Positions 50,570-64,000 of a stretch of DNA of 64,000 nucleotides are shown here, piece by piece; within the stretch, counting starts at the first letter, position 1; each line of letters starts with the position of its first letter. The notes beneath the pieces are model-generated. The model was given only the letters and a program-made list of their open reading frames with translations. It was not told where the DNA came from and made no database searches. The position numbers were made by a program, and so were the translations under genes. Source of the stretch: Octopus vulgaris (taxonomy: Eukaryota); the NCBI GenBank assembly GCA_951406725.2, contig OX597831.1, forward strand, positions 46,376,001-46,440,000, read 5' to 3'.

Positions 50570-52615
50570 GTCGTCCCTCAAAGCATATGTAATCTGGTTG
50601 ACTGACCAAGCAGTTCCCGTTGGGCTTCCCAAGAAGAAGAAACACAAGCCCTGAGTGACGAAGAAGGTTAAACGAGAACTTCGACTCAGAGATATTGCTT
50701 GGGCTGAATTCAAAATCTAGATTCGACTGCAGCTTTTGAGGTGTACAAAACTCAACGAGACCGAGCCGTGAAAATTGAAAAGGAAGAACGCTTCAGATAT
50801 GAATACAAAATCGCGGCAAACGCCAGTCGCAATCCAAAAACCTTCTTTGCCCATGTCCAACGGAATTCCCGCTTGAACAACCAAATTGCAACGTTGGTAG
50901 ACTCAACAGGCGTATCGATTGAGGACCCTTCTCAACAGAGTCAGTTTTTTGCCGAGGCCTTTTCAATTATTTTCAAACAAGATGATGGTCGTGAATCCCC
51001 TCCATTTGATAGATCGGTACCTCCAATGTTTCGTTTGGTCATCACGCGGGACGAAGTCGAACGCGTTGTTCAAGGCCTCGATGTCAACAAGGGTCACGGC
51101 CCTGACGGCATACACCCACGAGTTATCAAAGAGTTGACTCCGGTCATCTCCGTGCCTTTAACTCGTCTATTCAATATGTCATTGGCGACTGGAGAACAGC
51201 GATAATTTCCCAATTTTCAAGAAAGGGAGCCGTGAAGACCTGCTTAACAACCGACCGGTTTCCCTTACTTCAATAATCAGCAAAATGTTCGAAACCATCC
51301 TTAAGAAAAGTATGATTCTCCACCTCCAAAACACAGCCTCTATCTCTGATTCCCAACACGGCTTCGTGCTGAAGAGATCATGCTTGACCAACTGACTGGT
51401 AATGGAAGATTTGGTGACGCGCATCCTCGATGATGGTGATGCTGTTGACATCGTTTTATTGGACTTTGCCAAAGATTTTGACTCAGTAAACCACCGCCTA
51501 TTACTTGTCAAGCTTCAAGCATATAGTTTCCATCCGGATATTGTACGATGTGTTGGCCTTCCTCTCAGATCGCTCCTTCCAAGTCCAAGTTAATGGTTCA
51601 CTGTCCGACGTCTCCAGTGCGAGCAGTGGCGTGCCTCAAGGTTCAGTACTTGGGCCCTTATTGTTCTTAGTCTTCGTAAATGACTTGCCCGACGACCTTA
51701 CGCAACACACCCTTCTATTTGCCGATGATATCAAACTGGTCGCTCCTCGCGGTGATATAGAGTATCTTCGTCGATGCCTCCACCAAATTTGGAGATGGTC
51801 TAACGAATGCGACCTATGTCTGAACGTGTCAAATTGCTGTCGTCTGCCCGTTGGCTCTCCTCCTGCAACTCAACTTGATTTCGAGCCGGATCATCTGCTG
51901 CTGGAGAGGACCAACCAGGTAAAGGACCTGGGTATCTTGGTGGATTCCTCCTTTTCGCCTTCGGCCCAGTGTGTCCATGCTGCCAATAAAGCACGCGGAG
52001 TTCTGTTCTTGATTCGACGGTCATTTGGAATGCTCACAGCAGCCATATTCCTACCGCTCTATGTCACGCTGGTGAGACCCATATTGGAGTACGGGATTCA
52101 AGCCTCTTCTCCTTATCTCCTCAAAGACATGCAGCATCTCGAAAGAGTCCAGAAGCTGGCTACCCGAATGGTTCTTGGTCTCAAGAATTTGTCTTATGAA
52201 GAAAGGCTGAAGACGCTTGACCTTTATTCTCTAGAAAAACAACGACGCCGTGGTGGTCTCATTCTTGCTCACAACATCATAAGCGGAAAGTGTAACCTCT
52301 AGAAAGAGCTGTTCTTCACTCCTGCTCCAGAGCGTCGGCTGCGGGGTCACTCCGAAAAGCTCTATCTGCGACGATTTCATCTCAATCGAAGGAGAGGGGC
52401 TTTCTCCGTCCGGGTTGCGGATCCGTGAAATAAGCTGCCGGACGAGATAGTGAAGATGCCGACGACCGCTCTGTTCAAAGTCTCCCTTGACCACAAGTGG
52501 CCTGAACTCTTTACATGAACACCACCTTGTACATAACTCCATGTCCCCCTACATGGCCTTGCTTTTTGCTGTTTGAGCCAAAATATTAACTAACTCACTA
52601 ACTAACTAACTAACT
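50570..52615 (+). mobile_element. CR1-clade LINE, 5'-truncated, frameshifted RT
   Basis: GPDGIHPR, RPVSLTS, QHGF, LDFAKDFDSV, GVPQGSVLGPLLF, LFADDIKL and LERVQKLATRM..LSYEERL, with a (TAAC)n tail at 52587-52615. Confidence 0.92.
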
Positions 52616-52759
52616 ATAATCCACCATATATCATAATATCCCATAATTTTTTTATTTTATACTGGAGTGTAAGTCTATAACGGATACGACACAAAATTTA
52701 ATTCCCACCATCAAAGTTCAAGTTTGATAACTATAATTTCAAAAATACTTAAATGTGCG

Positions 52760-53168
52760 GGTGATGCTATACATGCATGATGCCCTTAAGTCTAATCTAT
52801 TATTAATCAGGTTGCTCTTGTCTCTGTATTTAGAATCTCATAAATTTCCATAGAGCAAAGCCCACATCCATATCGATTATCTCTATAAGACTGAGCTATC
52901 CGTATTATATACCATTCAATGCTAAATCCGTTCCCGCTATCTTTAAGTTCCCAAATCTTACGAGATAAAGACATATTATTAGCTTTATGTCTGAGTCTAA
53001 ATGATGAAAATGTTTATAAATACGTTTTTTTCATATTTACCGAACATCCTATGTATATAAAGTTACCAGCTTCAGTCACAATTGTACATTTATGAATTAC
53101 GTTTTGGATTAAACATCGATCTAATAACGGACAATGGATTTTAACTCTACAATTGCAACCGAGAGCCT

Positions 53169-53254
<86 letters not shown>

Positions 53255-54960
53255 TTACTACTACTACTATTGTTATTGTTATTACTACTTTTATAATTAT
53301 TATCAGTATTATTATTACTGTTATTATTTATACTTCCTTCAACAATAGTATCATTTAAATTCATCTCAGCCCCATCAGGTATTGTCAGTAATCTGTGTGT
53401 TAGTATAAACACCGGGGTCACCGTCCATATTATAAATATTAGATGTGTTAGTACTGTTGTTCCTGATTCCTACATCTCCATTAATATTATCAGCATTGTA
53501 GGTGCTTAAACCAGTATTAACAATACTAATATTATTATCATTAATTTCTCTTGCTAAGTTTACATTCTTTCTATTTAACCTGGCTAAGATGGTAGCTATA
53601 TTGGTGAGGGTAGAATACGAGATTCTGATTGTCATACGGGAATATTATATATATTGTATTAAATCTAAGGGTTGCAGGGAAGCTTTTATCTAAAATTGCC
53701 ATAAATTTTTTATCTATGCTGGTGGATATAGCACAGTTGAAGAGGACGTTATACCCGGCCATATTACTATTATCAGATCTCTTACGTATATGAGGGCAGA
53801 ATCTATCTACTCTTCTACTGCCTCCTAAACTCACGACTTGATTATTTAGTATAACTGTACTATCAGTATTTTTCTGATCATCAGAGGATGGCATAATCCG
53901 CTCAGTCGTCTATCTACAATTATTATATAAACTAATAGTCATACTGGTTATAGAATCTAATTTCTTATTGTTACTTATCTTATTATTTGAATTGATGGGT
54001 TTGCTGGATGCTTTCACAATTGGCCTGTATTCTCGACTAAGTAGGCCCCTATTCTTCCTCTCACTTAAATTCTCATTGTTCATATTATTAGTAGATGTTA
54101 TATTTTCTCTGGTTATATCCTGCTTTACACAAAGTGAAGTTATAGTGGTGGGAATGAGTATTAAAAATACCTTTATTAGCTGATAATTTCGTAATTCTTT
54201 TAGAAATACTTTTGACTATTGATTTTAATATATTAGGAAGGTGATTTGAGGATTTGTTCACATACCTTGTAACTTCACCCAGTTTCCTATAGGGGTAGTA
54301 TAAGCCCGAATTAATGTCTAACATAGTGTCTAAGAAATTTTCCACCTTTGTGCCATATTTAAAAGTGATTCCTAAAGCTGAAACTTAAAAAAAAAATTTC
54401 TAATTTTTTCCCTCATTCTTTCTATGACTGATTTATTGTTGCTAGGAATTTATTGTTGCTAGGAATAATGAATAACGCATCATCTCTATATAAACCGCCC
54501 TGCAATTCAGGGATTTTTCTGTTAAGACACTTTAAGAGATACGCACCAACTAGATTAGTAATTTCAGCCGAGTCCCCCGAGCCCATAGCTATATCAAAAT
54601 TATCAGGGGTGTCGGACCTCGTCCACAACTTACCTTCAAATTTTATGATAGTTTTCCTGGCTAAAAGAATAATGTCAATTTTATCCCTTGTTCTGAGAGA
54701 GATTTTTGTTTTGCAAAAATTAGGGATTTGTTAAGAATAGGATATATACTAGAATAATAACTGTTAATAACAAATTGAATAAATGAGTAATTACGTATAT
54801 TTTCAATAGATTTGAACCAATATATCATTTCATCAGTATTATCCATAATTTAAGAGATGAGTAGTATAGTATCCAGAATAGGTTTACTAAGTCGACTAAT
54901 ATCGGACTTAGTCGGGCAAATCAGACGGTTGAAAGGGATACCTATGATAATATTTATGAC
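52760..54960 (-). mobile_element. Penelope-like element of the Naiad/Chlamys type, decayed
   Basis: RT segments FDIAMGSGDSAE, GLYRDDAL, FLDTMLD and YVNKSSNH, linker ISYST, and CNCRVKIHCPL..RCL..VIHKC...YIG (GIY-YIG preceded by a CxC..C motif). Confidence 0.82.
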
Positions 54961-55180
54961 CATACCTAGTCATGAGCTATCAACTCACTCTTGTACTTTA
55001 TTTTTTTTCAAAATGGACAAAGTCTTCTAGTCTCAGAAATAAATTAAAAATGAATTACAACCCTTACAACCCTATGACCCCACTATGCTCCATGCGATTC
55101 TCAGAAATTGTAATTTATTTTTAGTCACTTTGCTACACTAGCGTAAACATGAATTATATATGCATGTATATGTATATATA

Positions 55181-55486
55181 TTTATATATAAAACTGAAGT
55201 TGTGTGTGTGAGTGTCTATCTACTCCAATTTAAATTCCTAACTACTCCCACATTTTAAGGTGCAGTTTAACCAAATGCAGGTATCTTATAGTCGTGATTC
55301 ACATCGGGCCCTTCTGGGTATTAGCGAGCGTCTACGATGAGTCTACGATTTAAAAAAAATTTACCATAATTTTTTCGCATTTTTAATGCATTTTTCGCTC
55401 GGTTTATATAAGGGAAGTAACTCTCTAAAAATGCTTATATAGTTATTTCCCTTACAAACCCGAGCAACGCCGGGCGATACTGCTAG
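55181..55486 (+). mobile_element. Non-autonomous Helitron (~305 bp)
   Basis: Starts t(t)tatatataaaactg and ends cccgagcaacgccgggcgatactgCTAG|t within TA-rich repeats. The 3' hairpin matches the autonomous element. Confidence 0.85.
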
Positions 55487-55498
55487 TATATATATATG

Positions 55499-55538
<40 letters not shown>

Positions 55539-55787
55539 TATGTAAGTATGTATGTATATGTATATATAATTGTTAAGGGAAGAGAAACATCTCAAGTGTT
55601 ATACATTTTTATTACTATTGGAAAAATTTAACAATTATTTATCCGCTATATCGGAAATCTGCAATGGCTCCATAGCTACCGTCTCGGCTACTACAACCTT
55701 GGAGTCCTAGTAATCCGTTACACCACTAACCTAGCGTACATAATCGTATAATCGTTTAGATCACCTGTGAACTAAACCAGCATACTT

Positions 55788-55843
<56 letters not shown>

Positions 55844-55994
55844 GAAGGTTGAAAAGGAACACATGAGTTGATATATATGGAAAAATGTCAACTCACGTAT
55901 TCTTGTTGTTGTTGTTGTTGTTGTTGTTCATGTTCTTCTTCTTCTTCTTCCCTACCAAGAATTCACAACGATCTCGAACCCACACGCGTAAACA

Positions 55995-56067
<73 letters not shown>

Positions 56068-56253
56068 GGCAGAAACAAGGAAAATGCCATTTGTATTTGA
56101 ACACTATGCAAATATTCTTTTAAAAAACTTCTTTTAATTTTTCCAAAATTTAATTGTTTTCCACACTTACAGTTGAAAAGTCTCATTGACTGAAACCGGT
56201 ACTGAAATGTTTTTTTATAAAATTATTTTAGCATTTTCTACCTTGACTTTTTT

Positions 56254-56294
<41 letters not shown>

Positions 56295-56947
56295 ACAGTA
56301 TCGACAGACTGTGGCATGTTGCTATACGTTGCTGGTTGCAATGCATTTCCTCGCATTATTGTGGCATCTCGCAGGCTAGGTGGGAGAGCCAACATGCTAC
56401 TTCAGCTGAACGCTAGACCGCCGCTGCGGAGTCGATGTTGCGATGGTGAGAGTAACATGCTAACCACTAGGCCATAAGATGTGTAAGTGTGTATGTGTGT
56501 GTGTTTGTGTGAGTTTGTGCTGTGAGTGTGTGTGTGTGTATGTAATATTTTCTCTTAGCATCATAACGATACTGTGTGTGTGTGTGTAACGTTTTCTCTT
56601 AGTATCGTAAGGATAGTAATAACCCGGTGTTAAACATCAATATACATATGCTTCAGAATAAAGGGCTAGGCGAGTACAATGCGTGACATAAAACGAATAG
56701 AATGAGTATGGGACAAACATTACGTAATCAACTTCATTGTCTTACAGCTGTCTCCGTTATAAGAAGAAGTGTACTCAGAGCTGAATGCTTGTGCATCAAA
56801 CAGAGGTCAAAACAGGAGTGTTTACATATTTTTTGTTGTTTACTCTTTTTGTTCTACACTCCTTAATTGACGGACTTTATTGACAAACTTGAACGGCCGT
56901 AAAGAATACTTTTGCATCATCAAGAAAAGTATGTATACGCACGCACG

Positions 56948-57020
<73 letters not shown>

Positions 57021-57175
57021 ATCCGGTTCACGAGAGACCGGATATAAATTCAAAATTTGGTTAACATTTTCGCTAATTGTTGTGTGCCTATGTATTCGAG
57101 AACCCTTCCATTCCTAATACTTGAACCTTCAGAACATCCAATATTCAACTGCATGAGAGAGGATGGGAGAGAAAT

Positions 57176-57219
<44 letters not shown>

Positions 57220-57336
57220 TGAGAAGGATAGTGGTAGTGTCAGTATCTAGCCGGTACTCATTATATCTGAGCAGATGCAAACAATATGAAATGAAGTACC
57301 ATGCCCAAGGACATATTGCACCGGTAGGTGACCCGA

Positions 57337-57645
57337 GGAGGTGCAATGGCCCAGTGGTTAGGGCAGCTGACTCGCGGTCGGAGGATCGCGGTTTCGATTA
57401 CCAGACCAGGCGTTGTGTGTGTTTATTGAGCGAAAACACCTAAAGCTCCACGATGCTCCGGCAGGGGGTGGTGGCGACCCCTGTTGTACTTTTTCGCCCC
57501 AACTTTCTCTCACCCTTTCTTCCTGTTTCTTGAGTAACGCTGCGATGGACTGACGTCCCGTCCAGCTGGGGGTAACACATACGCCACAGAAACCGGGAAA
57601 CCGGGCCCATGAGCCTGGCTAGGCTTGAAAAGGGTGCATAAATAA
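57337..57645 (+). mobile_element. tRNA-derived SINE
   Basis: tggcccagtggttagggcagc...gtttcgattacc with an (AAAT)n tail. 'aggtgacccga' flanks both ends (57326-57336 and 57652-57662) as a likely TSD. Confidence 0.88.
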
Positions 57646-57819
57646 ATAAAAAGGTGACCCGAACATCTTAACCACAAAGCCATAAATCTTCTCATCGGGA
57701 AGATGAGCAGAGCTAAAAACCTGTGGCACTTGAAATGCATAGTACTAATAACCAAAGATGAAATCTTATATTATTCCTTAAGATAGCAGAATAAATTCTT
57801 TGTAATAATTTTATTTTCC

Positions 57820-58230
57820 GTGATGGCAGAATCGTTAGTACACTGGGGGAAAATGCTTGTATTTCGCCTGTTCTTACATTCTGAGTTCAAATTTCGCCAA
57901 GGTCGACTTTGCCTTTTATCCTTTCAGGAGTCGATAAAATAAATACCAGTTGAGCACTGGAGTCGATGTAATCGACTTAACCCCTCCCCCAAAACTTGCT
58001 GGCCTTGTGCTAAAATTTGAAATCATTTTTGGTAAGCTGTAAGGCGGTGAAATGGCAGAATCGTTAGCACACGGGCCAAAATACTTAGTGACATTTCGTC
58101 CATCTTTACGTTCTGAGTTCAAATTCCGCCAAGGTCGACTTTGCTTTTCATCCTTTTGGGGCTGATAAAATATATATCAGTTGAGCACTGGAGCCAATGT
58201 AAGCCCTCCCCAAAACTTGCTGGCCTTGAG
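57820..58230 (+). mobile_element. Two tandem copies of a tRNA-derived SINE
   Basis: 'tggcagaatcgttag...ttctgagttcaaatt.cgccaaggtcgactttgc...aaaacttgctggccttg' at 57824 and 58053. Confidence 0.88.
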
Positions 58231-58877
58231 CCGAGCCCCATAGTTATTATTTCATATTTGTTTCACTGACATTTACGTTCTTGATGACATAATAGTTTGG
58301 TATTTCAGTATACAAGAAAGAAAAAAAATGTCTTTTCTCGCATGTTTGTCTTCTTTATTTTGTGAGTTGGTTGTGTTGAGTTCTGTTCAGAGCATCTTGG
58401 TCACAAACCCAATTAAAGAATACTAAATTTTGTTGCTCTAGATGCACAGGTAATCATATTATTGTATGGAAGATATGTATGATACATTCTGCTTTCTAAT
58501 AAACTTCCATATTGCTTCTGACGTCAAAATATGTAGTTTGTTGATCATAATCAATATCACATCTGCGTTCAAAATCAAGCCAATTTTGACATAAGCTTTA
58601 AGCACATATTTAAGCAGATACGATACAATCAATGTTCTTCAACTCATTCAGCATTTCGATCAAATTTTTGTTACTCATTCCAACAGCTATGGGAAGTAAA
58701 CTCGAAGGGTTACTCCTCAAAAAGACCGAAATAAATGAACGCTTACTTTTCAAAAATACCGCATCTATACCTCATTATTGTTGTTCATTTTTATATACAT
58801 TACATGTTCCGGAGAAAAATTGTTCGTAATTCTGAAAAAATATTATCTATTGAAATTATTTCTTAAAAGTATTGTCA

Positions 58878-59270
58878 AGGCGCAGGAGTAGCTGTGTGGT
58901 AAGAAGCTTGCTTTCCAACCACATCGTTCGGGGTTCAATCGACTGTTTGGTACCTTGGGCAAGTGTCTTCTATAGCATCCTGCTGACCAAAGCCTTGTGA
59001 GTGGATTCGGTAGACGCAAACTGAAAGAAGCTCGTCATATATATATATATATATGAAGTATCTGTGTGTCTGTGTTTGTCTCCCTGCCATCTCTTGACAC
59101 CGATGTTGGTGTGTTTACGTCCCCGTAACCTAGTGGTTCGGCAAAAGAGACCGATAGAATAAGTACTAAGCTTACGAAGAATAACTCCTGGGGTCGATTT
59201 GTTCGTCTAAAGGCAGTACCCCAGCATGGCAGCAGTCAAATGACTGAAACAAGTAAAAGAATAAAAGAAT
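58878..59270 (+). mobile_element. Full-length SINE (family of 32700-33145)
   Basis: Same head and tail. Confidence 0.9.
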
Positions 59271-59350
59271 GCCGTCATCATCGTAGGCAACGCCACAGCT
59301 TTGGTTAATTACAATTTTAATTGTATTGTATTTTGTTTGTTTATTTCATA

Positions 59351-59465
59351 CTAGCAGTATCGCCCGGCGTTGCTCAGGTTTGTAAGGGAAATAACTATAA
59401 AGCATTTTTAGAGAGTTATAGCCAAAAAAATGGAAAAAAAATGATGCCGTTTATATAGAGAGAGA
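59351..59465 (-). mobile_element. Minimal non-autonomous Helitron (115 bp)
   Basis: Minus strand A|TCTCTCTCTATATAAACGGCA...cctgagcaacgccgggcgatactgCTAG|T. Confidence 0.85.
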
Positions 59466-60649
59466 TTCACTGATAACTAGCACTGTGTTTATTAAAGTTA
59501 TTGAGAAAAACAGCAAGTTTTGATTGACTCGGATGACTCGGGAAGTATAATAGGGATATTAATTAGAGTTTTAGCTGACTCTTTCTTTAGCTAATAGTGT
59601 ACCAGACATAACGGCAACGCGATTCACTAGATTTTAGAATGGAAAAAAGAAACAAAGAAACTATTTGGTGGTGAGACATAATCATACGGAACATGACGAA
59701 GTAGGATTTCATCGCGTACCGCTAAGTTAAAATAGCAACACAAATAAACGAATTAGATAGGAATGGATCAAAATCGAATACTTATGAAATTACAGAAAAA
59801 GATCTCCTTACTGCCAGTCAAAAACTTTCAGGTAACATCAGGAATTAATTTACCAAATCTGACAAAAAAAACAAAACAAAACAAAAAAAAACAACAAACA
59901 TATCCAAGATTCACCTACCAATGAATAACATAAAGAGTGAATGGCCGAGGAAAGAATGACGAAGAGAAAAGTGATATACTTTTCTTTAAAATACCATTTC
60001 TGTTTAACTTCGCAACTGATTAAAATAAAATCTAAAGGAAGAGGAAATATACCAAAAAACACAGATCGTGTGACTGTGTGGTAAGAAGTTCGCTTCCCAA
60101 CTACATGGTTCCAGATTCAGCCATTCTGCGTGGCACCTTGGGTAAATATCGTCTACCATAGCTTTAGTGAATGAATTTGGTAGATGGAAACTGAAAAAAG
60201 CCCGTCGTATATACGCATATGTTTATATCTATGTATATATATATGTGTGTGAATGTTTGTGTTTGTGCCCCACCATCACCCGATAGCCGGTTTGTATATG
60301 TACTCGTAATTTAGCCATTTTCCCAATATAACAACAGATTCTTTGATCTATTACCAAAGAGACTACAATCTAATTTGTCACGTGTTATTTCTCACCACTA
60401 TATTGTAAATAGTATTATTGCTGCAAGGTATCCTAACTTTGTTACCTACTTTCACCTCACAGCTATATTTACATACACTCACACCTACACGTACACACTA
60501 ACATATTCTCTCTCATCCTCCACTTTCTCTGATCCACAAGCATACACGCATGCATAAATCTCTACTTAGTTTTCTGTGTACATGTACAATTCACAGAACG
60601 ATTCCCACTTTCCAAAAGGTTTGGTACGAGCCCTTAATGAACAACCATT

Positions 60650-61050
60650 CATTCATCGATCGATCGATCGATCCATCCATCTATCGATCGATCCATCCAT
60701 TCATCGATCGATCGATCCATCCATCTGCTCTGTCCCCCATTCATTGTGCAGAATCCGCACGTACCTCTTCCAGATTCTCAAGCGTAACCAAGACTACGGA
60801 TATTATCCAACCATCTTGTCCCTAGTCTATCCCCAGGTCTCCTGCCGACCGGCTCGGTTTGAAAAATCCGCCTTGCGGTTCTTTCTCGTGACAGTCTAAT
60901 CATATGTCCGTAGGACCGGAGCTGTGACCCCTCAATGAGGCTCGGACTGAAGAGTCTCCCTGATCTTGGGAGACACGCATCTTATCGAATAATGTGACTA
61001 CAGAGACCCTTCGGAATAATTTCATCTTGGTCCCATGTATTCGTGATCGT
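60650..61050 (-). mobile_element. RTE-clade LINE 3' fragment with (GATG/GATC)n tail
   Basis: Minus strand IEGSQLRSYGHMIRL...GRRPGDRLGTRWLDNI matches the QLRW.GH..R / GRP..RW.D pattern. Tetranucleotide tail at 60650-60725. Confidence 0.75.
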
Positions 61051-61781
61051 ACTCTTAGCTATACCTTTATTTAAAATTTTCTATTTCTATTAACCAGAAA
61101 GTAGTATACTGACGAGAAAAAGGAATGATATCGTGAAACATTTTGGCCGAATATTTCTAGGTAAAAACTATATGTACTGATAGAAAAAAACTACACCATA
61201 AACATAGAAACGTAGCTTAAACCAGTAAAAACTACATAGTAATAGAAAAATATGTCTATTACTTAGTATTTGGTAACTCTTGTCAAGAATAAAATAACTC
61301 AAGTAACAAGTCTTTTGGTCGTACTTTCACATTTTGGACAAAATTTACACAGTTACTCTACACGTAACACATAAGCAACCTTATGCGAATTGGAAGCAAA
61401 CTTCAACCAAAGCACACAGAACTTAATTATATTCGGGAAATCTCATAACATTTGGAGAAATATATTTAAATAGAAACCTAGAAGACAAAATGATGCATAT
61501 ATATTGAGACGCTAGAAAATGATACCAGCGTTGAGAAAGATAGCTGCTTCTGGATTAGTGAATGTTATATACCTTCACATTTTAGCTTTAGTGGTTATAG
61601 AGATTATCATTTAATTAAAAATATTTTCTTAATATTCGCCGGTAATAAATGATTTAGATTTCTAATTCTGAGAAAAAAATCTTTCATTTCGTCTCATGAT
61701 TTTTATATCGAATTCTTGTTAATTTCGAAATGTAGATTGAGCAGTGAAGTCATAGTCACTATTATTATTATTATTATTATT

Positions 61782-62990
61782 GTTTTTTTGTTTTTTTTCT
61801 TCTTCTTTCAAATTTGCTTCTATTTCTTGCCGAGCGTCTTCCCGACTCCTAGGGCAAAGAAACTCATAGTATACATTGGTAGGCCATTAAACCAAACTCA
61901 ATAGTTCGTTCATTTTTTTTTTAAGGTTAAATTAAAATACATGGGCAGTAACAGCTCTCACAGCGACAATGCTCTTCTCAAAACGTGTGATGTACCAGTT
62001 AAGACAATCTTTTGCACTTCTTGCAGGGATGGTAAGCCAGGGATCATTCTCATATAATTTTCGGTTCCCTTCTTGATCATTCCTAGTGCTCCTACGATCA
62101 CTGGTATTGTAACCGCCTTGAGATGCCACATTTTCTCAATTTCAATGAGCAGGTCTTTATATTTTCTGAGCTTGTCAAACTCTTTCGCTGAGATATTATG
62201 ATCACAGGGGATGCTCATGTCGATCAATAAGCAAACTTTATTGTTTTTGTCTTTCACAGCAATATGTGGTTTATTGGCTTTGATGGTTCGGTCTGTATGT
62301 ACTGGAAAGTCCCACAGAATGGTTACATTTTCTCCTTCAGTTACAGCCTCAGGGTGGTGATTATACCCCTTGTCGGCAGTTTTGATATTGTAATGCCGAC
62401 TTATTAGCCAGTGGAGATATTGGCCAACTCTGTCATGTCTTAATTTATACTCCACTGGTGCTAAGACTTTACATCCAGAGATTAGGTGGTCCACTGTTTC
62501 AATCATGTCATTGCAGAATCGGCATTTTGGGTCTGCTCCATTTTTCATTACATTGGCCTGGTAGTTCCGGGTTAATAGGCTTTGATCTTGAGCAGCCAGG
62601 ATGAAACCTTCGCTCTCTGCTTTTAGCCCTGAGCTCCGTAGCCACTGATGGGTTTGCTTCTGGTCAACATCAGCTTGTTCGCTACGGGCCACATATTTGC
62701 TGTGCAGAGGTTTCTCCTCCCACCTATCAGCCAATTGCTCGTGCACTTTTTTCGTTGCCATTATTTTCACCTTCTTTGCAACAATAGTTGCCGTACTTCC
62801 CTCGGGTTTGGGTATCCTGCACGAGATCAATAGCAAATTTTTTGCTTTCCTTTATGATAGAATGAAGCTTCTTTCGTCTCTCGTAATTTTCCACGAGCTT
62901 TAGCATCCAGTCATTCGTTATTTCAAGATATTTGGCCAGTCCAATTGTGGTTGTTTTGTAAGCTAGTTCAAATTGGATCAGGCCTCGACC
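61782..62990 (-). mobile_element. 5'-truncated Dong/R4-type LINE (CCHC finger and REL) between (TAA)n tracts
   Basis: ORF 61958-62836 has AAQDQSL, CRFC..ETVDHLISGC, RHDRV, ILWD, KPHI..LIDM and KYKDL. (TTA)n at 61759-61781 and 62991-63087. Confidence 0.93.
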
Positions 62991-63006
62991 TATTATTATA
63001 ATTATA

Positions 63007-63086
<80 letters not shown>

Positions 63087-64000
63087 CATCCAATCTTGAA
63101 TTACTTCTGCAAATAATGAATATAACAACAGGTTTGAGAATTTAGAACAATTTTTTGTCGATTAGAAAACATTTTGAATAATCGAAAATAATGTAGATAA
63201 AAATCGCACAAAATTTCTGTCAGGTGTCGTGACGAGAGCATTTGTACAGTGATTCTCTTCTTCCATAATATCGTTGGTATAAATAAAGTTTCTATACTAC
63301 TATATACAGTTTCAGTGAGATTTAACCAATTATATATATCTACAAGTTTTTGTGTACGTGCGTTTTTTGTTCTGATACACATAATTAGCGTTCTTCATAA
63401 CCATTATTCTATGAAGTACATAGTACTGGAATAATGAATTAAAAAATTCTAGAACTTATCTAGAAATATTTTCGGGAGTGGTTGAGTGAGAGGGAAATAG
63501 TCATATGAATTTTAAGTACATTTCGGACTCGTTCATTACAGGCTTGGTCGATTTCTGTTGCAATTCACAACAATTTGGGGCGGGGGTGCAATTGCTGTGG
63601 AAAGATACCGTCTTTGATAATTTCAAATTTACAAATGCACTAAATGCCAATTTTATAAATTTTGGTCAGTAGCTCGCAAATGGTTAGGCGCACGCTATCG
63701 ACACCACATGGAAGTACGCAATTCTAGGGAAAACTATGTGGGACAACTTCGATATTAGGAAAAATATTGTGAAGAAGAGTGCATTATAAATCCCCTGTAT
63801 TGAACAGCGTAGCCGGTCTCATCTAGAAATGGCCTGGAAATGAAGTTCAACCTCAAAGTTTAGGATGATGGGATGAACGCCTACGTTGACTCACTGTCTG
63901 ATAGTCCTGCATTTCCCACAAAGCGTATCTGACCAGAGTAGAGCGTTGCTCTTTTGTTTCATGTTAGAGTTATGGAAACTGATTAATTTTGTGACTTTGC

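Noticed and set aside
53130-53160. Selenoprotein-type Naiad
   Set aside because: The cysteine codons are TGC/TGT, with no in-frame TGA at those positions.

Overview
AT-rich, microsatellite- and transposon-dense animal DNA. The SINE repertoire looks like an octopod cephalopod (inference from remembered Octopus SINE families, not a database result). The backbone is a tandem cluster of minus-strand class A (rhodopsin-like) GPCR genes. Two have intact, uninterrupted ORFs (14467-15549 and 28213-29325), and there are at least three pseudogenised paralogues (~7.9-8.05 kb, 24.8-25.5 kb, 46.5-47.0 kb). A recent tandem segmental duplication with a period of ~17 kb (1-~9355 = 17016-~26840) runs through the cluster. 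Both intact ORFs have a splice acceptor just upstream of the ATG and a conserved GTGAGT donor 180-250 nt downstream of the stop, so each receptor looks like one internal cassette exon. A complete 6.1 kb GC-rich Helitron (TC...hairpin-CTAG termini, Rep/helicase with STPR-like repeats, three lesions) sits in a (TA)n tract, and two non-autonomous Helitrons, one only 115 bp, lie further on. Other elements are R4/Dong-type REL LINEs (some sitting in (TAA)n), CR1, RTE and Tx1/L1 fragments, Penelope-like elements (one Naiad-type, others with degenerate hammerhead motifs), a DD37D-type Tc1/mariner, and many tRNA-derived SINEs. Weaker signals are relics of a second GPCR subfamily and a divergent histone-H4-like relic. 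Boundaries of decayed elements are approximate and similarities were judged by eye.
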